Below are positions 12,291 to 23,983 of a stretch of 29,471 nucleotides of DNA, piece after piece. The notes below the pieces were generated by a model. That model was not told where the DNA came from. It saw only the letters and a program-made list of their open reading frames with translations, and searched no databases. Numbering within the stretch: position 1 is the first letter of the stretch; each line of letters starts with the position of its first letter. The stretch is taken from IMG/VR virus record IMGVR_UViG_3300043756_000018, positions 1-29,471 of that record; one strand, written 5' to 3'. This stretch comes from a virus (Duplodnaviria; Caudoviricetes). The position numbers were made by a program, and so were the translations under genes.

Positions 12291-12433
12291 GCTGTTGCTC
12301 CTTTCGCCTCGATGGTGGTGATCGCGCCGAGGCTGCCCGCGTACTTCGCGAGCTTGGAGACGGCGGCATCAAGGGTCTTGCCCTTGCTGCTCCGGACCGC
12401 GCCGGAAGCGAAGGTCACCTTGACCTTGACCAT
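12287..12433 (-). CDS. Small basic protein, 48 aa (first gene after class E cassette)
   Basis: GACCGAGGAGG SD before ATG 12433. Confidence 0.7.
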   Translation of the reverse strand: MVKVKVTFASGAVRSSKGKTLDAAVSKLAKYAGSLGAITTIEAKGATA

Positions 12434-12506
12434 CTGGCCTCCTCGGTCGATGCGGGCCCCATCGCCCGCACCAGGAGTATAGCACATCTAGCGCGCGATG
12501 TGTGCT
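12434..12506 (-). promoter_or_regulatory. Class E cassette copy 2: overlapping degenerate operators, -10 TATACT, hairpin GGTGCGGGC-N6-GCCCGCATC, SD
   Basis: Operator-like 12490-12506 and 12481-12497; -10 at 12476-12481. Confidence 0.8.
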
Positions 12507-12915
12507 AGGAGACCGGCGCGGCTGATGCCCCGTTCGCTCCCGGCGGCAGAATCACGTCGCCGAGGCGCTCGAACCGCCATTCCGGCATCGAGTCCGGGCA
12601 GACGCCCTTCGAGCCAGCGTCGTGAGCGGCGACGCGGTACAGCCCCGGCCCGATCGGCGCAGCCTTCAGAGCAAACATCGCCGCGAGTAGCGGACACTCA
12701 TCGGTGCCGATGGCCTCGCGAATCGGGTGCCTGACGTCAAAGCCCGCCTCGGACAGATTCAGGAAGTGGTTCGTCTCGGTCTCCAGAAGCTGGGTGACGG
12801 CGTCCGGATTCGGGCATTCGGCGTTCGTGCACTTGATCTGACCGAGGACGACGCCTTCGCACACCAGCGTCGAGCCGCAGCCCATCGGACAGTTGCCCTT
12901 GACCGGGATCTGCAT
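12505..12915 (-). CDS. DUF6085-like Cys-rich actinophage protein, 136 aa
   Basis: CPMGCG..L...I.C....CP.PDAV..LL.TET.H......F..RHP.RE....PG.YRV; GAGGAG SD before ATG 12915. Confidence 0.7.
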   Translation of the reverse strand: MQIPVKGNCPMGCGSTLVCEGVVLGQIKCTNAECPNPDAVTQLLETETNHFLNLSEAGFDVRHPIREAIGTDECPLLAAMFALKAAPIGPGLYRVAAHDAGSKGVCPDSMPEWRFERLGDVILPPGANGASAAPVS

Positions 12916-12923
12916 CCGACTCC

Positions 12924-13223
12924 TCAGACGTCTGTCCGCTTGCGGGCGCGCCGGGGCTTGGGTTGCTCCTCGCCGTTCGTTGCAGCCTGGGCAGGTGCCA
13001 TCGGCTGCGGCATCATCGGCGGCATTGCGTCCGGGTCGGCGACCTCGATCTCGCCAACGTGTCCAGACTCCGGTACGACCTGAGGCACGCTGGTGACCGT
13101 GACCGGCTGCGAGGAGATGATGTACTTGAGCACCGCGCCAGGCGTGACGGTCCAACCGCCGACTTCCTCAGCCGCCGCGTCTGGGCCCTTGGCGTCGATC
13201 ATGAATACGACGTCGAACTGCAT
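12924..13223 (-). CDS. Hypothetical protein, paralog of 13234..13662, Pro-rich tail with basic end
   Basis: GGAGG SD; N-terminal V.F...A......A..V..W.VTPG shared with neighbour. Confidence 0.7.
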   Translation of the reverse strand: MQFDVVFMIDAKGPDAAAEEVGGWTVTPGAVLKYIISSQPVTVTSVPQVVPESGHVGEIEVADPDAMPPMMPQPMAPAQAATNGEEQPKPRRARKRTDV

Positions 13224-13233
13224 CTGATTCCTC

Positions 13234-13662
13234 CTAGTTCACTTCGGGCGGCGGATCGGCATGGCCCATCCGCTCCGGGCTGTCGGGTGATGGCGGCTCA
13301 GCGTCGGGCGGTAGGGCATCGGGAGGCGGCTGCCCCACGCCGTTCGTTATGGGCGGAAGCTCGGGCGGCGGGAATGCTTCGTGGAATGTGATTGCGTCCG
13401 CGACAGAGACCAGTGGCGGCTCCCACTCGAAAGACACGGCCTCCATCGCCGGTCTCAGCGCCTCCTGGCGCATCTCCTCGACGACCGGCTCTGGCATCGG
13501 CTCCTTCGGTAGTTGGTGGATGCTCATCGCCCCGATCCCGACGTACGTGCCGGTGAGACCCATCATCTGGCTCCCCGGCGTCACCTGCCACCGTTTCACC
13601 ATCGCCGCCGCCTCCTCCATGTCGTCGGCCTCGAACTGGAACGTCACGCTGTAGTGCGGCAT
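13234..13662 (-). CDS. Hypothetical protein with Pro/Glu-rich tail, 142 aa
   Basis: GAGGAGG SD; paralogous N-terminus. Confidence 0.7.
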   Translation of the reverse strand: MPHYSVTFQFEADDMEEAAAMVKRWQVTPGSQMMGLTGTYVGIGAMSIHQLPKEPMPEPVVEEMRQEALRPAMEAVSFEWEPPLVSVADAITFHEAFPPPELPPITNGVGQPPPDALPPDAEPPSPDSPERMGHADPPPEVN

Positions 13663-13672
13663 CGCGCCCTCC

Positions 13673-14053
13673 TCAACTTGTCGACTCGAAAAGCTCGCGG
13701 ACCAGGCGGATCAGATTCTGCACCTGGATGGTCAGGTTTCGAACTTGCGCGTTGCTCTGCGGCTGCGACGGGTTGGTGATCGCCATGAACGCGGTGTTCT
13801 CTGGGACCGCTGCATCGAGCAGGCGCTCCAGTTCGCGCCGAGTCCTGAGCCATTGCGGCTCCGTCCACGTCTGAGCCTCCCGGTCGTACACCCAGCCCTC
13901 AGCGACCTCATCGGGCGCCTCCACCCAGTACGGGCCTCCCGGCGCCGGGGCGAGCATCGGATCATCCTCCTCGAACACGGCGACGTTGATCGCGATCACG
14001 ACGCCGCCGGGGTCGAGCCGAGCCCAGCGCTTAGGCTCTGTCACTGCGGCCAT
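13673..14053 (-). CDS. Putative fibre assembly chaperone, 126 aa
   Basis: Follows fibre genes; GVVIAINV...WVEAPDEVAEGWVYD...WTEP plus C-terminal helix resembles tail-fibre assembly proteins; GGAGG SD before ATG 14053. Confidence 0.55.
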   Translation of the reverse strand: MAAVTEPKRWARLDPGGVVIAINVAVFEEDDPMLAPAPGGPYWVEAPDEVAEGWVYDREAQTWTEPQWLRTRRELERLLDAAVPENTAFMAITNPSQPQSNAQVRNLTIQVQNLIRLVRELFESTS

Positions 14054-14643
14054 GTCTTCCCCTCCAGGCTCAAGTAATCGGGACCGGAGTGATACGTCCA
14101 CGATCCGGCGGCAAGAATCGAATACACGTTGCACACATACGCGACACCAGCGCGGAGCCGGAAGGTGCGTGTCGCAGTGCGGTACTTGAACTGCTGCACA
14201 GCCGAGTGCTGCTGTACGTAGTGCCAGCCGCTCTGAACATTGTCCTGATCGGCCTGGTTCAGGTGAGGGCCGAACACAGCGTAGCTGTAGGCGGCATCCA
14301 TCTTCTGGACGATTCCCACCACAGCCGTAACTTCCCAGAACTCATCGACAGGCGGCGTGCGAGCGATCTCAAGCAGGCGCCCACTGGGCTGCACGACTAC
14401 GAGCCCACCATTGACCGCCGGAACATAGGCGTTCTCCCGGCCCCAGTCGCGCTGCACGCTGGTGTACAGCGATCCCCAATGCACGTCGTGGTCCCCGAGT
14501 GACCTCTTCATGAGCACCTGACCCATCGCCGGGTCGGGAGGCATGCCCGGACCGGTCGGCCCCGTCGCTCCTGTATCGCCCGTCGGGCCCTTCAACTCCT
14601 CCCAGCCGGTCGGTGTACGAACCATCACAGTCATTGCGGCCAC
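14041..14643 (-). CDS. Fibre tip/receptor-binding-like paralog 3 (RTxxGW, short collagen, beta-rich domain)
   Basis: [24 protein letters not shown]-terminal GSWTYHSG...EGKTWPQ; start 14643 or 14634. Confidence 0.8.
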   Translation of the reverse strand: MAAMTVMVRTPTGWEELKGPTGDTGATGPTGPGMPPDPAMGQVLMKRSLGDHDVHWGSLYTSVQRDWGRENAYVPAVNGGLVVVQPSGRLLEIARTPPVDEFWEVTAVVGIVQKMDAAYSYAVFGPHLNQADQDNVQSGWHYVQQHSAVQQFKYRTATRTFRLRAGVAYVCNVYSILAAGSWTYHSGPDYLSLEGKTWPQ

Positions 14644-15227
14644 ATCTTGTACTCGAAGTGCATGTGGTTCGGACCCTGGTAGTACTGGAACGACCCGCCA
14701 GCGTTGTGCAGTTCCGCCGTCGCAGCATACGTCTGACCTTGCGCCAGCCGGAACGTGCGGATCATCGGGCGTGACTCATACGTCTGCACGGTGGAGTGCT
14801 GCGTCACGACCGCACTGACCGCGTTGCACCCATCTTCATCGGCGGGGCTTAGCAAGATCCGCGCGTACCCAAGCGTGTACTCGGCACTGACCTTCTGGAG
14901 GAACACCTGGCAACCTAGCTCGCACCAGGCCGGAAACGGCGGCGTGATATCGAACCGGAGCGGCGTAGAGCCGTTCGACATGACAATCCACACCCCGACG
15001 GGGATACCGGCGTACTGGTTGATCGTGCCGTTGATCCGCCGAGTCGTCCAAAACGGGGGCCACCAGTCCTCGCCGTATTGCGTGTTCATCAGCACGCTGC
15101 CCTGGTCCGGGTTGGCGCTAGCGGGCAGGTCGATGCCCGGAGGACCAGGTGGGCCGATCGACCCCGGGTTGCCGCGTATCGACTTCCACCCGGTCGAGGT
15201 GCGCACCAGTGCGTCTACTGCCGCCAC
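14631..15227 (-). CDS. Fibre tip/receptor-binding-like paralog 2, 198 aa
   Basis: GTG start at 15227 with GGAGG SD (revised from 15668); VRTSTGW; C-terminal GGSFQYYQG...EYKMWPQ. Confidence 0.8.
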   Translation of the reverse strand: MAAVDALVRTSTGWKSIRGNPGSIGPPGPPGIDLPASANPDQGSVLMNTQYGEDWWPPFWTTRRINGTINQYAGIPVGVWIVMSNGSTPLRFDITPPFPAWCELGCQVFLQKVSAEYTLGYARILLSPADEDGCNAVSAVVTQHSTVQTYESRPMIRTFRLAQGQTYAATAELHNAGGSFQYYQGPNHMHFEYKMWPQ

Positions 15228-15823
15228 TGCTTGCCCTCCATCCACAGTTGGTGACGGCCCTGGTAGTACTGCCACGTGCCACCGTCCGACTCCCAGTACA
15301 CGATGCACTGCCAGTTCGTGTTCGCGGGCACCCGGAAGAGGCGTCGGCCCATGCGCCCCTCGTAAAGCTGCACGCTGTTGTGCTGGGACACGATGTGCTT
15401 GACCTCCGAGATACCATCCTGATCGCTCGTCGCGCTCGGACCCGGCAAGACCGTCCGGCAGGTGCCGTACGCGTAGTTGTAGGCAGCATCCTGTTTGACT
15501 ACGAGCCCGACAAAGAACGTGACCTCCCACCAGGTCGCGAAGGGCACGACGTCTGTATCCACCAGCAAAGGCCCGACACCCGTCCCTAGCCAGGTACCGC
15601 TTGTGATGTTGGCATAGGCGTCGTTGGCACCAGTCGACCGCTTGAAGCTCCAGTACGGCCCGCCCCACTCAGTGTCGTGACTGGCGTCCGAGCGCTTGCG
15701 GAGCACCTGACCCATTCTGCCGCCGGGAATGAGACCGGCACCCGGAGCCCCCGCCGGTCCGGGCGGTCCTCGGAAGCCTCGCTGGGACTCCCAGCCCTCG
15801 GAGGTGCGAATCATCGGGCTCAT
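15215..15823 (-). CDS. Fibre tip/receptor-binding-like paralog 1, 202 aa
   Basis: IRTSEGW, collagen, GQVLRK..D..HDTEW, C-terminal GGTWQYYQG...EGKQWRQ; ATGA overlap. Confidence 0.8.
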   Translation of the reverse strand: MSPMIRTSEGWESQRGFRGPPGPAGAPGAGLIPGGRMGQVLRKRSDASHDTEWGGPYWSFKRSTGANDAYANITSGTWLGTGVGPLLVDTDVVPFATWWEVTFFVGLVVKQDAAYNYAYGTCRTVLPGPSATSDQDGISEVKHIVSQHNSVQLYEGRMGRRLFRVPANTNWQCIVYWESDGGTWQYYQGRHQLWMEGKQWRQ

Positions 15824-18800
15824 CCCGAGGCTCTGAGTTGCGCTTGGCCGACGAAGTTGCCGCTACCGCCGCTGCGCAGGACCGAGAGCTTCGTGACATT
15901 GTCGGACCCGTTCCACCATACGCCCGAGCCGCGCCAACTCATGATGTAGTCGGGCTGCGCGTTTGGGTTGAACGCGCCGTGGAATGTGCTGTTCCTGCCG
16001 ACGTTGGCGGCGGGCTGCCCGGGGATCACCCAGGTCGCCATGTTAATGACGCAGTGCAAACGCCCGCCGCTCGCCCAGTCGCCGTGACCGGCGGGGAAGC
16101 CCTGCGGGACCTGAATGTTGTTGCCCTGGACGTCATTGCTGAAGCCCGTACCAGCCGTCGCGGTGGACGTCAACGTACGGTTCTCGATCCACCGGAATGC
16201 GGCTGATGTCGCATCATTCGGCTGGATCCACAGGTAGAAGTTGGCGCCGACTCCAGTACTCAGGAGATCAAGCGTCAGTTCGTACATACGATCGACATTC
16301 CCGTCCAGGCCGTCGAACACAGCGAGCGTCACGGCGCTTGTGTCGATGTCTACCCTCTGCACGGGAGAGATCGCGGTCACGGACGTGGGATCCGTGATCC
16401 AGATCGCACCGACCGTGTCCGTCACGGGCGCGGTCGGCTGCTCGTACGCCTCGGTCCCGCCGACCGGGCCGGTAGGTCCGGGTGGTCCGGTCGTCCACTC
16501 GGTAACCGTCTCGGTGTCGAAGCGAACCTCGCCTAGCGACACCCAGGAGTTCGACGCGTCGGTGGTGACGTTGCCGTTCGGGACCACGTCGAGGATCGTG
16601 AAGGCAGCGCCGCCCTGACTGACGGTGTAGCGCCTGCGCCCGGAGGGCCGGTAACCCGGAGGCAACGTGAAGATGACACCCCCCACCACGCCCATCTGAA
16701 TCCACCCGCGCAGCGAAACCGTACCGTCGGGCCACTTACGGAACGCCGGAAGACCCGAGTCAGCAATGCCAGCGTCAGCCCACCCATTCTGGAACGGCGG
16801 CTCGCCCGGTGCGCCAATGATGCGCCACGGCTCGATCGGGACCGTGATCGAGTTGCCGGGCGGTCCCTGCGGCCCCTGGAGAACGTCGTCCATCGAGAAC
16901 TGAGTACCGGTGACCTTGATGATGAACGCCACGCACAGGAACGGTGGGAGGTTCTCATGGTCAGCACCGCCGCCCTGAGCGCCGATCCCGAGCGACGGAA
17001 CGTGATGCGTGTGCCAGGCGCTCACGCCGCCGGTCTGCAACCCCCGGTCAGCCGCGCCGGTCGTGAAGCTGTGGGTGTGGTTCGTGTTGACGCCGCCGGT
17101 TTGTCCGACCAGGTCGATGCCCTGCCCACCACTGGCGATCCACCAGTTGTTCCAGTTGGCCCCGTAGGCGAGAAACTGCACCGCCCATCCTGGCGGGTGC
17201 GCGTGGTCGGCTGAGATCCACCCCGTCGACCCGCCGTGCAGGTGGTCGACGCCCGCGTGCGTGTGGTTCACCGAGTCGGTCCCGGTGTCGGCGGTGCCGG
17301 TCCCGCCTCCGTGGTTGTGCGACGGCATCTCCGTGATCCCGAGTGCGACGCGCTCCGCGCCGCCTGCCGCTCCTACTGGACGGCCATTGCCCGAGCCGTA
17401 GATCATCCGGCCCCGTAGGTCCGGGAGGCTGAACGTGAACCCGTCGCCGTTGCCGTCGCCGTACGTGGTGCCGATCAGGTTGAAAAGCTGCGCGTATTCG
17501 TCGCGGCGCAGAGCGCGGCCATCGGCGATCATCCAGCGCCGGGGAATCCTCGCCCCAGCGAATGCCTTGACCGTTCCGATCGGGTCGGTGTCGAATACCG
17601 GCCCCGGGCCTTGCGGGCCCAGGATGTTGCCGGTGTACACCCAGTCGCCGTTCTGCATCTCGTACGTATCACCCGGGCCCTCCGGACCCGAGTGCAGATA
17701 CCAGTCGCCGTCGACCGCGCCGACGACGTCGATCGACAGCGGCGGGAACGAGAAGCCGCTGTACCAGCGAACCGGATCGCCCTTCGGGCCCTGAATGCCC
17801 TGTGGGCCGATCAACTCCGCGCCGATCGCGATCTGCACGCCGGTGACCTTGATGATCCAGCCGACGGCGCACCACGGCGGCATGTTGTTGTGCGCGGCGC
17901 CAGCCAGACCGTTGCCGGTACCCGAAGACTGAGCACCCGCCGGATCGGTCCAGTGCGCGCCGCCCGGGTCACTCCAACCAGCGACGTGATGCAGGTGCCC
18001 CTGGTTACGCGCCGACGTCCACACGGCAGGAACGAGGTGCGCGTGTGCGGCGCTCCGACCGCCCGTGTAGAGATCGGTCGAGCCCAGGCCCGGTCCCTTC
18101 CACTCGCCCACGCCGACTCCGTTCAGCCATCTGGCATCAGAGCGCCAGAGGGCGAGCGACGCCGAGTTCTGGATGTACGTGTTCGTTCCGTGAGCGTGGT
18201 CGGCGTTCTCGGTGCCGGTCCAGGCGCCTGGGAACAGGTGCTGGTGGTCGCGGTCCTCTCCCTGCGACATGAAGTTGTTGTAGTGCTGATGGTTGCCCGC
18301 GTAGTGCTGGTGATTGGCGATGTCGTGCTGATGCGGGGGCAACTGACCGGCAGTCAGCGTCGCGGTCTCCGAGCCGCCCTTCGTGTTCTTCGGCTTACCT
18401 GTGCTCGCGCCGACGAGCATCCGATCCCGTAGGTCTGGGATGTTGAACGTCAGGCTTCCGTCGCCCAGTCCCCACGGCGAGTCGTCCTCGCCGAGCGCCT
18501 TCCAGAGATCCTGGAAGTCGCCGCGAGGAAGTTCAGAGCCGTCACAGAGCATCCAGTGCTCGGGAATCTCATCCCCGGCCCACGCCTTCACCGTGCCGAT
18601 CGGGTCAGAGTCGAACACGGTCGCCACCGGACCCGTCGGGCCGGTCGGCCCGGGAACGTCCGACACACCGGGCGCCCCCTGCGGCCCGGTCGGACCGCGA
18701 ATGTTGCCGACGTCGATGAAGTCGGTTCCGTCCCACACCCACAACCGGCCCGTGTCCTCGGCGAGATATCCGTCGCCGATCTCAAGCGACGGGTCGTTCG

Positions 18801-19634
18801 GGTCGAGCAGGAAGGCGGTCGGCACGCTGCCTCTGATCCGCACGCCGGTTCCGGCTGGGCCGGTATCACCCACACGCGCCTGGAACATCCACTTGCCGTT
18901 TCCGGCTGGCGTGCCTGGCTCGTCGCCGGTGGTGTCCGCGACGCACGTCCAACTCGATCCGTTGTGGAACACGACGTCATCGACGGCGTAGGCGGTAGCG
19001 GTATTCCAGTTCCCGCGCCAGTTCAGGCCCTTAGGCCCGGTCGGCCCAGTCGGTCCGATGTCGCCGGTGTCGCCCTTCGCGCCCGTGTCACCCGTCGCGC
19101 CCGTATCGCCGTCTATGCCATCCGTGCCCGCCGTGCCGGTCGGACCAGGGATGCCCTGATCTCCGGTCGGGCCCGTCGGGCCGGTGTCGCCGGTCGGACC
19201 CGGAACGGAGATGAGCACCCAGTCGGTACCGTCCCAGTAGTGGATCTCCTCCAGGTCGGGGTTGATCCAGATCGTGTAGGTCTCCCGGGGTATCGGCGGG
19301 TTGGTCCCGGTGTAGGTCTCGTACTTCGACCGGGTGCAGATCCACTCGAAGCCGTCCCACCACTGCAGGCAGTTCTCGGTGACGTCGTAGTAGATCTGCC
19401 CGGGAACGGGAGTACTCGGAGTGTCCACCGGCGGGATGAGAGGATCGCCGAAGCGCTGCCAGTCCGCGCCGTTCCAGTAGCGGACCTCTTGCTGGCCCGG
19501 GTTGACCCAGATCGTGTAGTCGTCGCGCGGAGACGGGGCGCTGCCGCCCGTGAAGACCTGAAGCGTGTCGGCACCGCTGACCTCGACCCAGTTGGTGCCG
19601 TCCCAGAACTTGAGCTTCGCATCAGTGGTGATGC

Positions 19635-19638
<4 letters not shown>
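15820..19638 (-). CDS. Large fibre protein with collagen segments, CBM5/12-like module, two tail-collar domains each followed by HxH needle repeats, 1272 aa
   Basis: Two PIGTVKA.AG..IP..W...DG..L....L...G..G.GDG..TF..PDLR.R collars; [20 protein letters not shown]; [10 protein letters not shown] domain; start 19638 by ATGA overlap and GGAGG SD. Confidence 0.9.
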
Positions 19639-20792
<1,154 letters not shown>

Positions 20793-20813
20793 GGCGGGGT
20801 CAGCCTATAGCCG

Positions 20814-22388
20814 TCACCCGACCAGGGTCACCAGCATGGAGTTCGCGGCCTGCGCCACACCGAACGTGATCGTAACGTTCCCGTTGGCTGCGACCGAGAT
20901 GTCCGGGATCACGACGTCTCCGGTGGCGCTGTTCTGCACCTGAACCTGGATGCCGCGCTCCGCACGGAGCCCGTGCGTGGCCTGCGGAATTGAGATCGTG
21001 GTGCCGCCGGTGTGCGTCGACTCGTTGCTGTAGTACTGCGCGCACTTCAGCAGCGCGATCAGGTCCTCCAGGTTGTCGACGCCGGTGCCGCCGTTGACGA
21101 TCTGGAGAATGTTCGTGATCTTGTCGCCTTCGAGGTCGATCGCACCGTCGGCGATCTTGTCCTCGGTGACGGCGTCGTCGGCCAGCTTGTCCGTGGTGAT
21201 CGCACCGTTCATCACCTGCAGCGAGTTGCCCGTGCCGCTGGTGTTGATCGTCGTGCCGTCCGTGTTGGCGCTCAGTTGCGGGCCGAGCTTGGTGATGCCG
21301 GGTCCGGCGGTGATCTGGGCGGCGCTTGAGAACATCGCCCACTCGATCGGGTCGGTGTCGATCACGCCAGTCGGGTTGGTAGTCGAGACGACCCAGCCTG
21401 AGGAGCCGTGCGTGTCGCCTTCCTCGACCCAGACGTACGCGTTCAGCACGCCGGTCCAGTCGTCCATGTCGGCGGCGCGATCCCACGCCCCAGTACGGAC
21501 GATGTAGATGCCGTTCTCCTCCGGGTTGGCCTGGTCCTTGACCAGCACTCGATCGCCATCGACGAGCGCGACACCGTCGATCGTCTGCTCGCCCGAGAGC
21601 GTGACGTCGCCGGTCGTGGCGGCAGCCACCGGCGGGTGGATCGTCAGGCCGGTCGCCTTGCCATCGACGTACGCCTTCGTGGCGGCGTCCTGATCGTTGG
21701 TCGGATCGACCAGGTTGATGATCTTGTACGTCCCCATGTCGACGTCGTCGTCGTTCGGGTTCGCGACCGAGATCTCGTTCAGCGTCGAGTCGACGGACAG
21801 CGTGGTGGTGTCGACGTAGTTCTTCGTCGCCGCGTCCTGCGCCGCCGTCGGATCGGTGACGGTGGTGAGCTTGTGCCCAATCGCAGTGTCACCCGCCAGC
21901 GTCAGCTTGACGACTGTAGGCGCCGTTGCCGTCCCGCCGAGATCGTTGGCGAGTTGCAGGATGCCCTTGGTGGTAGTGGTCGCGTCATCCACCGTGACGC
22001 CGTCGATCTGATCATCGACGTACTTCTTGGTCGCCGCATCCTGATCCGCAGTCGGGTCTACGACATCGGTGATCTTGTGGGTGTTGGCATTGCCGTTTCC
22101 GGCGAGGGTGAAGCCGGTGACCGTGACGCTGGTCGCAGTCCCCCCGATCTGCCCGGCAAGCTGAACGATTCCCTTCTGGGTAGTCGTCGCATCCGGCAGA
22201 TCCGTCGCCGCATCGAACCCGGTCGCGGCGACCCAGTCCGTGCCGTTGTACCACAGCAACGTGTCCGAGACCGTGTCGTAGTACATCTGTCCGCTGACCG
22301 GCGTGCCAGGGGCAGCGGCCAGGTTCTGTATGCGCATGTTGAGAGCTTCAAGCTGGTTGAAGTCCATTGGTGCGCCGAGGGCGGGCAT
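20814..22388 (-). CDS. Fibre-like virion protein with DAATKxYVD and DATTTxKGIxQLA repeats, 524 aa
   Basis: Three DAATKxYVD, two phage tail-fibre repeats, TLSGEQTIDGVAL..GDRVLVKDQ...ENGIY domain. Confidence 0.88.
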   Translation of the reverse strand: MPALGAPMDFNQLEALNMRIQNLAAAPGTPVSGQMYYDTVSDTLLWYNGTDWVAATGFDAATDLPDATTTQKGIVQLAGQIGGTATSVTVTGFTLAGNGNANTHKITDVVDPTADQDAATKKYVDDQIDGVTVDDATTTTKGILQLANDLGGTATAPTVVKLTLAGDTAIGHKLTTVTDPTAAQDAATKNYVDTTTLSVDSTLNEISVANPNDDDVDMGTYKIINLVDPTNDQDAATKAYVDGKATGLTIHPPVAAATTGDVTLSGEQTIDGVALVDGDRVLVKDQANPEENGIYIVRTGAWDRAADMDDWTGVLNAYVWVEEGDTHGSSGWVVSTTNPTGVIDTDPIEWAMFSSAAQITAGPGITKLGPQLSANTDGTTINTSGTGNSLQVMNGAITTDKLADDAVTEDKIADGAIDLEGDKITNILQIVNGGTGVDNLEDLIALLKCAQYYSNESTHTGGTTISIPQATHGLRAERGIQVQVQNSATGDVVIPDISVAANGNVTITFGVAQAANSMLVTLVG

Positions 22389-22407
22389 CTAATTCACATC
22401 CCTTCTG

Positions 22408-23784
22408 TTAGTTGACAAACGCTCTCCCTGAGGTCGGAGCGCCGAGACGAACTTCGAGGTTGTTGTCGTCGACAAAGATGACGTCCACATAAAGCTCGTT
22501 GTTGGCCGTGTCGACCACGGTGATTGCGGGCCACTTGCCTAGTGCGTGATTGACTTCCCAGAAGGCTGCAGGCACGCCCTGTGTGTGAACGTAGTTGAGA
22601 TCGCCGGTGCCGGGCGCAACTGGGCCGGGTGGCCCGCTCGGTCCCGTCGGTCCAGGTGGGCCGGTGGGGCCAGGACGTCCGCGTCCGGCGGGCTGCGGTC
22701 GCCGGATCCAGCGCTGCAAGTCCATGCTCCAGACCCACTGGTCCTCCTCCTCGGCAGGGGGCCCGGATGCGGGCCCGGTCACAGTCCATCCGGCTTTGCT
22801 CGCGCCGAGGATGACCACGGTGTACTCGTCCGGATCCGGCGCGCTCGTCGTGATGACCGTGAGCGTGTTCGAGTCCGTGTGCCGAATGCGCGCGGACACC
22901 TCTTCGTGCGGCGGATCAGTGGCGTAGACCGCAGCGAGCACGTCGCAGTCGAGGTTATGCACGATCGTGAAGATCGTGCTCGAACCGTTGCCGAGGATCT
23001 CGCGGTACGAGACTGAGCGCTGCATCGGGCCAAGATCGGCCCACTCCTCGTCCTCGCCGTCCCAGACGTGCAGATGCCCATCGTCCGAGGTGACCCACGC
23101 GTCACCGGGCTCGGCGGTAGCAGGCAGCCGATCGGCAGCGAACGCGACGCCCTTGAGCGTGAGCCCCGTCCCCGGCAGGCCGGTCGGTCCGCGCGGGCCC
23201 GTGATCCCAGGCTCGCCCTGCGCTCCTGTGGGCCCCGTGTCACCCGCGCCTGGCGGACCTATGTCCCCGGTGCCGCCGGTGTCTCCAGTGGGCCCAGGTT
23301 CGCCCTGAGGGCCCGTATCGCCGGTTGGCCCCGGGACGGTCGAGTCCGCGCCCGTCGGGCCGGTGTCGCCTCGGGGCCCTCTCGGCCCTGGGATCCACTC
23401 GCCACCGTTGCCGTTCTCGGAGACCCACGTCAGATTCCCGAGGATCTGGATCTCCTGGTAGGAGTCGTTCGGGATCACGACGAGTAGCTCGTTGTTCTCG
23501 TCGTAGAGCGCAAACTCGGCGCGGTACACGCCCGCGATATCCGTGTCGCCCTCCTGCCAGACGTGCTCGCAGACGCCCACGTTGATGTCGCCGTCTTGCA
23601 AGATGTCCGCAGGCGTGTCGATGATCGCCACGTTCGTGCGGCGCCGACGCATCACGAAATTGATGTGATCAACCGGGGAGTCGGGCCCGATGTCAAGCGG
23701 AGTCCGGTCCGCCTGCCGCAACGTCACCCTGTAGGGCGGCTCCAGCGCGCCCGTCTTCATGAACCACGGCCCTGTCAGGCGCAT
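22408..23784 (-). CDS. BppU-like N-terminal anchor plus collagen and two small HNL-type beta domains, 458 aa
   Basis: G.CEH.W..GDTD.AG.Y.AEF...IPND.Y..I.I N-domain; TIVHNL.. and VNHALG.. modules. Confidence 0.85.
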   Translation of the reverse strand: MRLTGPWFMKTGALEPPYRVTLRQADRTPLDIGPDSPVDHINFVMRRRRTNVAIIDTPADILQDGDINVGVCEHVWQEGDTDIAGVYRAEFALYDENNELLVVIPNDSYQEIQILGNLTWVSENGNGGEWIPGPRGPRGDTGPTGADSTVPGPTGDTGPQGEPGPTGDTGGTGDIGPPGAGDTGPTGAQGEPGITGPRGPTGLPGTGLTLKGVAFAADRLPATAEPGDAWVTSDDGHLHVWDGEDEEWADLGPMQRSVSYREILGNGSSTIFTIVHNLDCDVLAAVYATDPPHEEVSARIRHTDSNTLTVITTSAPDPDEYTVVILGASKAGWTVTGPASGPPAEEEDQWVWSMDLQRWIRRPQPAGRGRPGPTGPPGPTGPSGPPGPVAPGTGDLNYVHTQGVPAAFWEVNHALGKWPAITVVDTANNELYVDVIFVDDNNLEVRLGAPTSGRAFVN

Positions 23785-23828
23785 GGGCTGGATGCTAAGG
23801 CCGGATCAGGGACCTACTGGAGATGGAT
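23785..23828 (-). promoter_or_regulatory. Class L promoter copy 3: ATCCATCT-N23-TAGCAT-N7-ATG
   Basis: Box 23821-23828, -10 at 23792-23797; also shares TGATCC-N4-TTAG with copy 1. Confidence 0.75.
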
Positions 23829-23973
23829 CCGGCTCGGGATCCGGCACCGATTCGGGCTCTGGCTGGTCCTCCGAAGGCGCCTCTACCTCGACGTACATAC
23901 GCGGATTCCAGGGCTCCGCGTAAAGCGACTGCTGCCACTGCGTCGGGGCGGGGCTGCGCGGCTTGGGCCGCAT
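23806..23973 (-). CDS. Possible 55-aa Pro/Glu-rich peptide (MRPKPRSPAPTQWQQSLYAEPWNPRMY...)
   Basis: Fills the gap; weak SD (GAAGGG); overlaps the class L promoter. Confidence 0.3.
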   Translation of the reverse strand: MRPKPRSPAPTQWQQSLYAEPWNPRMYVEVEAPSEDQPEPESVPDPEPDPSPVGP

Positions 23974-23983
23974 GCCCTTCAGC

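Noticed and set aside
14041-15823. Possible DGR variable/template repeats or invertible tip cassettes
   Set aside because: Paralogs differ at all base types, not only adenines; no reverse transcriptase or invertase in the window; all copies co-oriented
20793-20845. Possible fifth class L promoter (CTCCATGC...TAGGCT) before 20792
   Set aside because: Box is degenerate and the spacing does not fit N23/N6-7, although the gene lacks an SD
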